A stretch of 64,000 nucleotides of DNA from Octopus vulgaris (Eukaryota). A program made the translations under genes and the position numbers. The stretch spans positions 161,386,001 through 161,450,000 of the forward strand of contig OX597815.1 in assembly GCA_951406725.2 (NCBI GenBank), written 5' to 3'. The notes under the pieces are model-generated. The model worked only from the letters and a program-made list of their open reading frames with translations. It had not been told where the DNA came from and ran no database searches. Below, one piece after another: positions 26,421 through 39,420 of this stretch (positions within the stretch are counted from its first letter, which is position 1; every line of letters begins with the position of its first letter).

Positions 26421-28399
26421 ATGGCCATTGAAAAAGTGGTAATACGAACAATGCCAAAGCTTTGCCACAGCCTTTGGACTGGAATGTATAAAAGAACTTT
26501 AAATATGTATACAGATCACTAATTTGAACTAATACACCTATCATTACTAATAATGAAGGTTTTATTCAGTCTGCCAGCTAAATGCTTGGTAACTTTTGAA
26601 TCATTGTTTAACTGCATCAGCTAGCAGTTGGTGTTTGCTTGGCATGCGGTGACAGTGGATATTTGCTACTGACGGGAAACTAAAAAGCAAAAATCTGGAT
26701 CTAACAATGCTACCACTACTACTACTATTTTCTGTGTTTTTTAATACTATATACCTCATAAGAGATGCTTTCTTGAGACAAATACAGCAGCAGTTCAAAA
26801 GGCTTTCAACAGTATATATACAGATCATTCATATATATATATATATACTCAAAATAAGCAACAAGGATATCCTCGTTGCTTATTTTGATTATAATCACCC
26901 CATTTTGAATTATATGGATAATAACATACTAAATTCTGGTGCCTTTAGCCTAAGTACCATATTCATCTGAATCTAAATTTTACTCAACTTAGATATATAT
27001 ATATATATATATATCATGATTTGCTCAAGGATTGTTGGAGTCTAGAACAAATTGAATTTCTGTGTTCTCACAAGTATAATTCTTTTAATTTAATTTTCAC
27101 AAAACTATATATAAACTGTTTATTACTATATACAAGCTAATGTAAACAGGTGAAACAGTTTGAAGGTTTCAAACCTTTTCATTGATATAACTAGATGGTA
27201 GAAATAAGAGAGGTTTTATCTACATATTTGGCAATGGTCACACTGTGTGAAGAACTAGTGAAAAAAAGTTCAAGTTGCTCTCTTGTAATTGTAATAAATT
27301 TTCTAATTATAAATTAACGAATGAAAACTAAATTATGCATTATCCTAACTATTGTAGTTTCTGGCATACAAATCATAGATTTTTTACCAAAATTTACAGC
27401 CAAAATGGTAGGTCAACTTATACACTAAGAGGATATGGGAGGATTGGGAGGAAAAATAGTGACAATGTTTGAATGTTTAACACTACATGTTCACATTATA
27501 TACTACATTAGCTTGTATGCTGGAAAATATGGTAAAATATCTTTCTCAACTCTAGACCTGTACATTTCCATAGCACATAGCATTTTCCATATATATCTTC
27601 CTCACAGTATCATTTTCTATTGACAAAATCGCAGATGAATTTAATCTGTAACATGTCATGGATGACTTTAAATATATCTCTATAAGCTTTGTTTTACTAA
27701 GGCTTCCCTCTCTCCTATAGCCACAGATATTTATATATCATAAGCATTATTCTTAAACCAACCCATAGATTTGGCATGACATCCTGTAACTTATTGTTCT
27801 TGATGAATCTGACAGCTTCTCTTGGAAGCTTTACATCTCTTAACAAATAATTCTTTTGCAATATTTAGTCCAGACAAGAGATTACATATGTTAATATCAT
27901 TGTTTTGGGATACCTTAATTTACTCTTCAAACCTAGACAAATAAATCTCAGTTTATTTTTGTCTGGCAAATCTTTTTTTATGTTATTTAAAAAATCACAT
28001 TTGCTACTAAAACTTTGTAACTCTTCTAATTTCTGATAAAAGAATTAATAGGTGTGTCAAGTATTAGAGTGAAGACAAGACATTTTAACCCTTTAACACA
28101 TAAATTGGTTGATATCTGTCCCAAAATATTCTACCTGTTTGATGTTGAAACTAACCACGTCCAGCCTCTTACACCTACTTTAAAATTAAGCAATCACATT
28201 ATTGAAACTGTGAAGTTAAAAGATAATGTATGATTAATTCATAACAACGTTAATAAATAAACAAGACATCTGACACAGTTATCCAAATGCTAAATGTTCT
28301 TTTTTCATCTTCAGTTTGTTAACCATTATCAGTTTACTCATATCAAGCCTCATATTTCATATTTTTAATTTCATTTATTATCATCTTCAAGAAGAATTA

Positions 28400-28542
28400 G
28401 AAGCAGTGTGCAAGGGAGAAGTCTTTCCTGGTTTGGCCATGTGATGTGTTTGAATAAGGACAGTTGCATAAAGATATGCCGATCACTTAAAGTGGATGGA
28501 ACTTGTGGAGAATGGAGACCCTGGAAGATATGGGATGAAGTA
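28400..28542 (+). pseudogene. RTE C-terminal fragment
   Basis: SVQGRSLSWFGHVMCLNKDSCIKICRSLKVDGTCGEWRPWKIWDEV. Confidence 0.7.
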
Positions 28543-29065
28543 TTAACCCTTTAGTATTCAGATTACTCTGTCAAATGTAATACTTGTTTATTACGAAGGT
28601 GGAGGTATTATTTTCAGTCATATTTGTTTGTTTGCCCATAAACAAGATAACTCAAGAACCACTGGAGGGATTCAGATGAAACTTTCAGAGATGTTTGGCC
28701 TTATAACTGGTGCTAACTGATTAGATTTTGGTGCTGGATGAGGATTCTGAATTGTTTTTCCTGTTTTTTTTTTTTACTTAACTTTTGAGGACAGTCAGGT
28801 TCATTTTTAGTATTCTTGTTTGTGAGAGCAGTTAGTTTTATACTCCCACTTTAAAAATCATCTCTGGTTAATCGTTGAGAGGGCGTTGGTGTTGCCTTGG
28901 TGGAGATTTACCCTCTCTGAGTGCTCTTTTTCACATTGTTTTGGTTTAATCAAGGATTATCTTGTAGTTTTAAGATTTTGATGAGGCAACTGCTAATTTT
29001 TTAGAATGATTTCGCAGGGTAGGTATGAAAAACCAAATCTGGCTAGTTTGAACATAAAGCTAGAG
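28543..29065 (+). mobile_element. TTAA/CCC-ended (piggyBac-type) MITE family copy, interrupted by an insertion
   Basis: TTAACCCTTTAGTATTCAGATTACTCTG start. Related copies at 28085-28298 (inverted), about 16090-16296, 42010-42455 and 52680-52855. Confidence 0.6.
28591..28930 (+). mobile_element. Helentron-associated (HINE/DINE-1-like) non-autonomous element
   Basis: GGAGGTATTATTTTC, (GTTT)n, GATAACTCAAGAAC..ATGAAACTT, and 3' CCTTGGTGGAG..CTCTCTGAGTGC. It splits the MITE at a T-rich site. Confidence 0.6.
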
Positions 29066-30288
29066 GTTTCATTGAAAGGAAAATGACATTATTTAAAAGA
29101 AAGGTTTGCATTTTCGAGCTCAGAGCTGAGAAAAGTAATAAGGAGGATACAGGAGGCAATCGAAAAAGCCAGCTTCTATATATGGCTGAAATGAGAAGAC
29201 CCAAAATGGCTTGGAAGCCATAACATGCTGATTGGGAAAAAGCGTCACTATGTGAGGCTGGCTTACACTTAAGCAGCATCACTGATTGACAGGTGGGCCA
29301 AGGTAGTGATTTCGTTCATAACACACCGTCCTCCTTGTTCAAAGGCTTGTACCACCAAACAACTAGTTGGCTCTGGCTGCTGAAACTGAAACTAACACAA
29401 CACTGTTGACAGGCAAGTTTAGAGAGGGTGTAGGCTAAAACTATGAGACCTTCCCCTCCATTGCTCAGTTGAAGCTTTGACAGTGTCACATGATAGTTGG
29501 CTGCTGGAGCCTACCAGCAAGTATTCAAGGAAAATTTGGCAGGATGGTCAGTCACTCAGTGACATTCATTGATGCTGCATTGAAGAAACCAAAGAACAAA
29601 AGAATAAAGGAGAATGAAAAAATGCACTCAACACCAGACCTGAAGATGCTTCTGTAAGGGGAGGGGTCTGCCATGTTGAAAATGGTAGAGGAGTAGGGGG
29701 CTGAAACTGGACGAGATTTCTCCTGACGATATCACTGGATCCTATAAAGGAGCTGTTAAGGTAGGGAACCACAAAACATGGTTGGAATTCCCCTTCCTAA
29801 CATAATTCCTAACACCATCAGGAACATACATCTACCCATATGCTTCCACAGCCTTACCCTTTGATGATCACTGAAATACATACATACATACATACGTTCA
29901 TCATCAGAAAAATCATACAACATCTACACCACCAACTACATGAGCACATATGCAAACTCTCCAAAATAATATGCAATGTCATGTCATCCATTGACCGATG
30001 CTACCACCACTGCGTTGACCAAGAGAAGAAATACCTCAAACTTAAATTCCTGCAGCTTTGTACCAAATACACAAATACATACACAATACTTCAAGCAAAC
30101 TACAATACTCTCCTATATGTGTGTGTGTGTGTATAGATACACATATACTTACATACATATATATATATATACATATATACATGCATATATATACATACAT
30201 ACATACATACATATACATATATATATATACACACATGCATACATATATATATATACATACATACATGCATATATACATGCATACATAC

Positions 30289-30320
<32 letters not shown>

Positions 30321-30475
30321 TTGAGTAGTTGAATGAATTATCTTATTAAGGATAATTCGAAAGATAACCGATACCTGGGTAGCAAATTCACATCAGAAAG
30401 AACACGGTTGAAGCTACGTCCCTAGGGCATAGACTATGTGTCTTCGTGCGGAAATTTGTATGTTTATTTTAAAAT

Positions 30476-30655
30476 TATAAGTATATGTAAGAATGGAGTT
30501 GAACGACTAGTTAACAAATATCCTTTATTCTCGACATATGTTTCGAAAGCTGCATATTCCTTCGGAATTAGGAATATGCAGCCTTCGAAACATATGTCGA
30601 GAATAAAGGATATTTGTTAACTAGTCGTTCAACTCCATTCTTTCATATACTTATA
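30476..30655. repeat. 180-bp near-perfect palindrome (86-bp arms, 8-nt loop)
   Basis: Arms 30476-30561 and 30570-30655 are reverse complements with 2 mismatches by manual comparison. Confidence 0.95.
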
Positions 30656-30689
30656 TATATATATATACATGTATATATGCATATATATA

Positions 30690-30745
<56 letters not shown>

Positions 30746-31222
30746 AAGAGAGAGAGAGGCACATGAATATTACTGAAACTGTAAACACTTCAGAACTTAG
30801 TGCAATAACCTCAAATTTCTTTTGTCTGTAACATTTTTCGAATTTAAGTATTATTACGCAGGAAGCTTGAAGCCCTTGAAAGAATGTTTTCAACTTAAAA
30901 AATAACAAATATTTATATACAGTCATATATACATTTATGTAACACTCAGTTCCCTTTTTTGCGCCATTTGTAAACCCAAATGTACTTAAGTATGTTTGTG
31001 CAGATATGCACACACAGAAGGTACACACACACATGTATGTGTGTGTGTGTGTGTGTGTGTGTGCACGAATATCGAACAGTGAAAATAAGCACTTAATACC
31101 TCATTGATGGATAAATGTTCTTTATTTGTGAGTTAACAAGGCTACCATTAATTTGATGCTGAGAGAAATCTCTCAACAATCTTGGTATTTTCATATTCTC
31201 ATCCAAGATGGAGATGATTACC

Positions 31223-31415
31223 AGCAGGAGTGGCTGTGTGGTAAGTAGCTTGCAAACCAACCACATGGTGTGGTAAGTAGCTTGCTACCCAACCACATGG
31301 TTCCGGGTTCAGTCCCACTGCGTGGCATCTTGGGCAAGCATCATCTGCTATAGCCCCGGGCCGACCAATGCCTTGTGAGTGGATTTGGTAGACGGAAACT
31401 GGAAGAAGCCTGTCG

Positions 31416-31450
<35 letters not shown>

Positions 31451-31667
31451 TTGTTTGTGTGTCTGTGTTTGTCCCCCTAGCATTGCTTGACAACCAATGC
31501 TGGTGTGTTTATGTCCCCATTACTTAGCGGTTCAGCAAAAGAGACCGATAGAATAAGTACTGGGCTTACAAAAAGAATAAGTCCCGGGGTCGAGTTGCTT
31601 GATTAAAGGCGTTGCTCCAGCATGGCCGCAGTCAAATGACTGAAACAAGTAAAAGAGTAAAAGAGTA
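31223..31667 (+). mobile_element. SINE family B, full length, with a duplicated 5' segment
   Basis: AGGAGTGGCTGTGTGGTAAG head, GGGTTCAGTCCC B box, retained CpGs and a (GTAAAAGA)2 tail. Confidence 0.9.
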
Positions 31668-32278
31668 ATTCTACATGGAAGGCTTGATAATTGTTGAGAA
31701 ACTTCTTTCGCCATGAAACCAATGGTAGCCTTGTCACCACCCAAATAAAATATTTTAAAATTTTATTTTATTTTATCTAGTTTCAGTTCACGAGCTGTGG
31801 CCATGCTGGGGCACCGCCATTTTGGTGGGGCACCGCCATTTATGTATATATGTATATATATATCCTCATCATCATTATCATCATTGTTTAACGTCCTCCT
31901 TCCATGCTGGCATGGATTGGACAGTTTAACAGGAGCGGGCCAGGCAGTGTCAGTGTTGGCATGGTTTTTATAGCTATTGCCCTTCTTAACACCAACTACT
32001 CTGCAGATATATATATATATATGTATATGTTTATTTATGCTTTGTCTTGTGTGTGTGTGTGTTGGTGTGTGTATACATATATATGTGTGTGTGTATATAT
32101 GTATGTATGTATGTACATATAGTTAAGTGCATACATAATATAGTGACACCCGCCCAAAGTTTTAACCAATTAAAATTATACAAACAACAGAGAGAATCAT
32201 TAGTGCTAACGATAATTTTTATCAAATGCAAAGGAGACAACACTAGAACTCAAACTGATAAAAAAATTGAGTGAGGTA

Positions 32279-32792
32279 TGTAGTGAATTTGATAAGTATA
32301 GTGACAGTTTAGGACATGTTTTCAGTTCTTTTAAATTTTAATAATGAAAGGCAAGGTTTACAATATCAGAAGAATATCGTCTCCTTCCATCATTTTTTTT
32401 GTTCTTCACGTAGTTCAGGCTTTTGGCAGGCGAAGAGAGAAGACTTCAAATACAACTGCTATTTACAACTGGTTTATTTACAGGATTCACAGGATAGGTG
32501 TAGTGTGCTGCTCTCAGCTACCATCTTTAGCTGTGTGTGTTGTGTGTAGCTCCGTTAGTGCGGGCGCATTGCCTTCAGCCAGTGATGTTCTTCAGCCAGT
32601 GTTACTGTGAAGGTGGTGCCAAAAGAGAGAGATTCGAATTGGGCTTTCCCTTTATATAATTTCTATCGCGAGCCTTGTTGTTATCTCATGCATGGCAAAT
32701 GGATGCAGGTGAGGTCTCACTCCAGTCTCGGAAATTGCAATGGCTGCTGCAAGATCTCATCCAATATGGCGCTGACTGCTTGTGCCACTACA
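32279..32792 (-). mobile_element. Probable solo LTR
   Basis: TGTAGTG...CACTACA terminal inverted ends; minus strand has TATATAAAGG followed by AATAAA; higher GC than flanks. No clear TSD. Confidence 0.5.
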
Positions 32793-33537
32793 AAACCTCC
32801 TCAGTAAACCATAGTCTTACTTGTAATTACTAGACTTACAAATTACTGAGACTATATAGGCTTTTAAAGAAAAGCATACGCTTATTATGCAATTCAAAAT
32901 AATGCCTTCTCCAAGAAAAGCAAATACCTTAATGGAGGCTAATATAGTTCTCTCACTACAAAACTGAAAATAAGTTGATCAAAATTTCACCATCAATGAC
33001 AAGAAAAGTCATTAGTATTAATGATGTCTCTATTTAAATAAATTACACAACAGAATGCCATTTGTGAGCTGAATTCTGGTTGAAAAATGCTGATCACTGT
33101 GAGCATGAAACCTTAGGTATCAGAAATTTAACAATAATTCTTTTAAAAAGATTTTTTTTATCCTTTACTTCAGAAACAGGAGACAGAGGAAAGTCCAAGA
33201 AAAAAAGGAGGAAAAAAGTCGCCAACAATTCACATGTGGCTACGTTTTGAAAAGTTTGTGTGTGTGTGTGTGTGTGCAAATATATTTATATACACACACA
33301 CTCACATATATATATATATTTATATATACAATGGGCTTCTTTCAGTTTCCATCTACCAAATCTACTCACAAGGCTTTGGTCAACCCAAGGTTATAGTAGA
33401 ATACACTCGCCCAAGGTGCCAAACAGTGGGATTGAACCCAAGAACATGTATTTGGAAAGCAAGCTTCTTACCACACAACCACACTGATGTTGAGCACCCA
33501 TTCTTCCAGTTCGTTTAGTAACAGATACACATACACT

Positions 33538-33570
<33 letters not shown>

Positions 33571-33655
33571 GCACACGCACACACACACACACGCACACAC
33601 ATTCGCACACTTGCCTAGTTTATGCCTCCTTTGTCAAGATTTAAAGCAAGTACAT

Positions 33656-33745
<90 letters not shown>

Positions 33746-33749
33746 TGTG

Positions 33750-34419
33750 TGCAGGTATGGTCATGTGGTTGCTTTATATGACTCTTCTGTTTTTGCACTC
33801 AGCCAATAAATACTCTGCAAATGAATTTGGTAGGTAGGAAATGCAAAAAACCCATCATATATATTAATATGGATGTGGGTGTGTGTCTGTTCATGAGTTT
33901 GTGTGTGTGTGTGTGTGTTTTTGTTTGTGTGTGTGTGTGGTAATGTGTCTGTAAGTAAATGTATGTATATGTGTATGTATATGTGTATGTATTTATATGT
34001 GTATGTATCTTTGTGTTAGTTTGTTTATATCCCCATACCTTTGCAATTTACCACATGATTCTGGCTTCAGTCCCATTATGTGGCGCATTGAGCAAGTGTC
34101 TTCTACTATAGCCTCAGGCCAACCAAAGCCTTGTGGAAGAATTTGGTAGACAGAAACTGAAAGTTAAGGTGATGAGCTAGCAGAAACGTCAGCACGTCGG
34201 GTGAAATGCTTAGCGGTATTTTGTCTGCCGCTACGTTCTGAGTTCAAATTCCACCGAGGTCGACTTTGCCTTTCATCCTTTCGGGGTCAATAAATTAAGT
34301 ACCAGTTACACACTAGGTTCGATGCAATCGACTTAATCCCTCTGTCTAGCCTTGTTTGTCCCCTCTATGTTTAATCCCTTGTGGACAATAAAGAAATAAG
34401 AAACTGAAAGGAGTCCACC

Positions 34420-34464
<45 letters not shown>

Positions 34465-34700
34465 TACTTATATGAATATTTCTATGTGTGTGTGTCATTG
34501 TGTCTGTGTTCGTCTGCCCATCACCACTTCACAACCGGTTTTGGTGTGTTTACGTATCCATATCTTAATGGTTCAGCAAAAGAGACCAATAGAATAAGTA
34601 CTAGGGTTACAAAGAATAAGACCTGGGGTCGATTTCTTCGACTAAAAACCCTTTAAAGTGGTGCCCCAGCATGGCCACAAGTAACTGAAGAAAATAATAA
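33750..34700 (+). mobile_element. Family B SINE pieces with a family A SINE nested at 34164-34398
   Basis: TSD AGAAACTGAAAG at 34152-34163 and 34399-34410. Confidence 0.85.
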
Positions 34701-35459
34701 AAACCCCAAAAGAATATTTAACAGCGTTAAACTAAATACCAAGATCCATTTGATTGACTAAAACCTTTCAAGATATTGCTCCAGCATGGTTGCACTCCAA
34801 TGACTGAAACAAATAATAAAAAAAAAAGCTCAGAAACATATTTTTATCCATATAAAAATTGTTTCTATTTTTCCTCATGTCTTCTTTGCAAAGATTGAAG
34901 AAGCTAATAAGTACATACACAAATTCATAAGCATTTATGTATATATATATATGTACATACATACACATACATGAATGTATGTATATATGTATGTATGCAC
35001 TTGTTAGCTTCTTGAATATTGACAAGGAAGGAATCATAAAAATGTAAAAAACAAAAAAGTATTCAGTGCAACACATGTCTAATAATCTTCGAAAGCTAAA
35101 CTGATAGAACAAGGCAGATAAAAGCAAACACATCCAACAATAGAACATAAATGGCTGGCTTCATTACAAAGTAACGTAAGCAATCATTACAAAAATACTC
35201 TTAAGATAAGTATTCCTAGAACATATATAAAATGTATAGAAAAGAGGAATGTGATGAGAGGGAGATAGAGAGAGAGAGAGAGAAAGGGAGTAAAAGAGAG
35301 AAAGGGGAGTAAAAAAGAGAAAGGGGAGTAAAGGAGAGTAAAGGAGAGAAAGAGAATGAAGAAAGAGAGACAGAAAGAGAACCAGATGAGAAGTAGAAGT
35401 AAATGAATGGAAATTTATGGAACAGTATAAAGAAGGAAATAAAGTGTGTGTGTGTGTGC

Positions 35460-35501
<42 letters not shown>

Positions 35502-35550
35502 ATATATATATATCATGCTTGCATGGAAAGCAGACGTTAAATGATGATGA

Positions 35551-35598
<48 letters not shown>

Positions 35599-35710
35599 AT
35601 GCACATATAAAAAAGAAAGGAGAAAGAAAAAAGAAAAATGCTCTGTAATGAAATTTCAATGAATTGACCACATCAAATTTGAAAGACACCAGTCTCTCTC
35701 TCTCTCTATC

Positions 35711-35753
<43 letters not shown>

Positions 35754-36523
35754 GTTTGTCTGCCTATCTTTCAATCTATCTGTCTATCTATCCTTTTCCC
35801 ATCCTTTATTATTTTTCTCTTCTTTCTTGGTTGTCCTGAAATCTTTCTCTCTGTCTATTTCCCCACCCCTTTGCTTTTCTTTCTCTCCCTCCTTTTTTCC
35901 AAAAAAAAAGACAAAAACAATATTCTCCTCTTCTAAACAAAAAAAAATGGATTTGATTCATATAAATGAACCATGAAACATTCTGCTTTCACCATTTTGA
36001 TTTTGTCTTGATGAGTTCAAAAAACGAACAAAAGCGCTAATAAAGAACTATCCAAAATTCTGAGTGCCTCCTTTTTCTCAATATACAATAGCAGTACACC
36101 ACTTCAAACACCCTATAGACACACATATATTTATATATACTTCCATATGCTAATGAATTACAGTTTATAAATAAGATTTACTAGATACACATTATAACAG
36201 TCAATTTTCAAACTTTCATCTATCCACAATCCTGATCATGTTACATATTGCTACTCATCTGTACCTTTCCACAGCTGTATCTATTACCAAACCAATAGGA
36301 AAAATTTATAGACTTTCCATTTTTTATTTTATTTTATATTTTTATTTTTCATCTTTTTTATTTTATTTTTTATGTATATTTTCTTTATTTTTTAATATAT
36401 GGTATATTTATGAATATCTATAACTCAACACTTATTATATATAGTATTTAACTTCTGAAACTCACTAATACCCTGTGTGCATCCTTCAATGGAAAAATGA
36501 TAACCTAAGTTCTATAAGCTCAT

Positions 36524-36643
36524 AATAACCCTGAAGAAGTTCTACCCCATATAGTTAGAATATGATACCATTCTTAACATTTAACCAAATGCTTAGAATT
36601 TCTGGTCAACTAGGGGATAGTACTGAATCATACGTAGGTTATT
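36524..36643 (+). ncRNA. Degenerate type I hammerhead-like motif
   Basis: Stem I AATAACC/GGTTATT, CTGAAGA at 36531, stem II GTTCTACCCC/GGGGATAGTAC, GAAT in place of GAAA, GTA triplet. Confidence 0.5.
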
Positions 36644-36928
36644 TTATATTTTATTTATTTATTTATTTATTTGAGCTTTACAACTTAAACTCAATTTATT
36701 TGTATTGTTAGGTTTTTTGAAAAGAAAATTTCAACATTTTATAACATACAATTAAATTATTCATACATCCATAATTTTCTCCACTTTCTTTCCTTCAATA
36801 TTAATAATACATATAATTACAATAATCCCTAACAATTACCATTGACTTTTGCATTATATGATAGAAATTAACCAGTGAAATATCTTGGATTATATAATCC
36901 CTAATGAGGATATAACTTCCCCAAACTG

Positions 36929-39420
36929 ATTATATATATATAAAATTGAATTTCTGTCTGTCTGTTTGTTTGTTTGTTTGTCTGTCAAAATGAAAGTAAA
37001 AACAGCAAATCTATAGTAGTTTCACCCTGGTTTGGATTCAAAGCTGTTTGTCAAAATGAAAGTAGAGACACCAAATCTGTAGGAGTAGTCTTGCTCTGGT
37101 TCAGATTCAAAACTGAATATTTCAATTCTCCTTGGGAATTCAGCCTATCAAGTCAAACAATACCAATTAGGGAGATATATAAGCAGTAATGAGGCCTTTT
37201 GGTGCATATCTGGATTCCCAATTCACGAAAGGCACCCAGCCATTCAACAACTTTCTGTGCATTTAGAAAATGGTCAAAGGGTTTAGTTTACTGCTGAGAT
37301 AGCTGCAAATAAAGTTTCAAATCCAAAGGGTACCACTTTAACAGCCTCTTTCAATCTTTGTCAGGTGGACAATTTTGCAAAAACGCTGCTATATTATGAG
37401 GTTCCTTCTTATTCCACATGGAGTAATAATAAATGGAATAGATGCAAAATAAGTACAAAGGTTCAAGGTCATTCTCAGATTAAGTTTGGTACAACAATTG
37501 GTAGAGTATAACCTGTACATCCTAACGAAAATTAATGCTTTCATCTCAGAATGCTTCTTCCTGTAAAAAGAGGACCAACTTCACGGGAATGTTTGAAAGA
37601 AGTTGATGGTGAGATTTGCAAAACATATCGAGAAGCATGTTTGAAGTTAGGTTTTCTTGCAAATGATCAGCAATGGGAAGCAACACTGGAAGAAGCTTCA
37701 ATATCAAAAACACCAATGAGTTTAAGAGGTCTTTTTGCTGTTATTCTCAAAAATTGTGAAGCAATTTTGTTGAATTGTGGATTAAGTTCAGAAATGATCT
37801 TGCTGAAGATTTCAAGCACCAAGTTCAGTTGAGTATTCAGTTGAGTATACAATGTGTCTTTGATTGAAATAGGAGATCAAATTATTTCAATGCAAGGTGA
37901 ACCTATAGAAAATTTAGGTCTCTCACTAACTAATAGAGGGGATCTTAACAGTTTGTCCACTGAACTAATGAAGGAAATTTCCTATGATATGGAGGAACTG
38001 ACCATGGACATAAATGGTAATCGTCCCAAGCTTCTACCTGATCAACGTCGTGCATATTTCACTGTCATAGAAAGCATTAACAATAGCATATGAGGACTTT
38101 ATTTCTTAGATGCTCCAGAAGGTACTGGGAAAACATTTGTAATTAAACTCCTCCTGGCTAAAGTTCATCAAGAAAATATAATAACTTTAGTTATTGTTAC
38201 TTCTGGAATTGCAACAACATTACTACCTAGAGGTTGTACTGCCCATTCAACATTCAAGTTGCCTTTAGATTTATCTCACAAAGAAGATCCGGTTTGTAAT
38301 AAATCTAAAAATTCTGGAATGGATGAACTAATATAAAGATGTCACTTAATTGTCTGGGATGAATGTACCATGGCCCACAAAAAAGCTTTTGAAGCTGTGG
38401 ACAGAACATTATGAGGCATTAAAAATTTTAATTCCATGATGGGAAATATCACAGTATTATTGTCAGGAGATTTCCAGCAAACACTACCATTTGTTCCAAG
38501 AGGAACAAAAGTGGATGAGCTCAATGTTTCGATAAAGTCTTCTGCATTATGGCACCATGTAAAAGCACTTCAGCTTTTGATAAATATGAGATTGAAGCTT
38601 TCAAGAGATCAATCAGTTGAACTATTTGCAGATCAGCTTTTGAAACTCAGTGAAGTGGGAGTTGCAATTAATGAAGAACAGTTTTTTACATTTAATCCAA
38701 TATGATTCCATTGATAATTTGGTGAAATCTTTCCGAATCTTCTTCATAATTACAACAATGCAGATTGGATCTGTGAGCTAATTATTCTGGCTCCAAAAAA
38801 TGTTGCTGTAAATAGCATTAATAAAATGCTATTGAATAAACTTCCAGGAGAAGTATTCACTTATAACTCAGTTGACAGTGTTGTGTTAACTACCACATCG
38901 AATTTTTGAACTCACTAGAACCACCAGGTACAGCTCCACATTATCTTCAGGTGTAAAAAGGGACTCCTATTATGCTATTGCATAATTTGTCTCAACCAAA
39001 ATTATGCTATGGTACAAGATTAATTGTGCATAAACTTATTATGAACTGCATTGAGGCAAATATTCTCCTTAGTAGTCGTAAAATTGAGTCTGTCTTCATT
39101 TCTTGCATACCATCTAATGTCTCATTCCAACTTAAGCAGTTACACTTTCCTATTCAAATTTCTTTTGCCATATGCATTAATAAAAGTCAAGGCCAAACAC
39201 TAAAAATTGCTGGATTGCAACTTCAAGAACCATGCTTTTCACATGACCAACTTTATGTAGAGGCATCACGTGTGGGAGCAAAAGCAAATCTTTGTGCTTA
39301 TGCACCTCGAAATAAAACAAAAATATTGTTTATAAAGAAATATTCACTCTTGATGCAACATGAATACTTCAATAACTTAATTTCCCATTACTATCGTTGC
39401 ATTCAAGAATGACTAAATTA
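36929..39420 (+). mobile_element. Decayed Helitron carrying a RepHel (PIF1-family helicase) remnant
   Basis: 5' TATATAAAATTGAA(TCTG)n; GRYISSNEAFW..GFPIHERHPAIQQLSVHLENGQ; Walker A LDAPEGTGKTF (38106-38138); WDECTMAHK; GDFQQTLP; INKSQGQTL; QLYVEASRV. Many stops. Confidence 0.9.

Noticed and set aside
37551-39412. Host PIF1 helicase gene
   Set aside because: Intronless, full of stops and frameshifts, and carrying Helitron linker motifs and a Helitron-type terminus.
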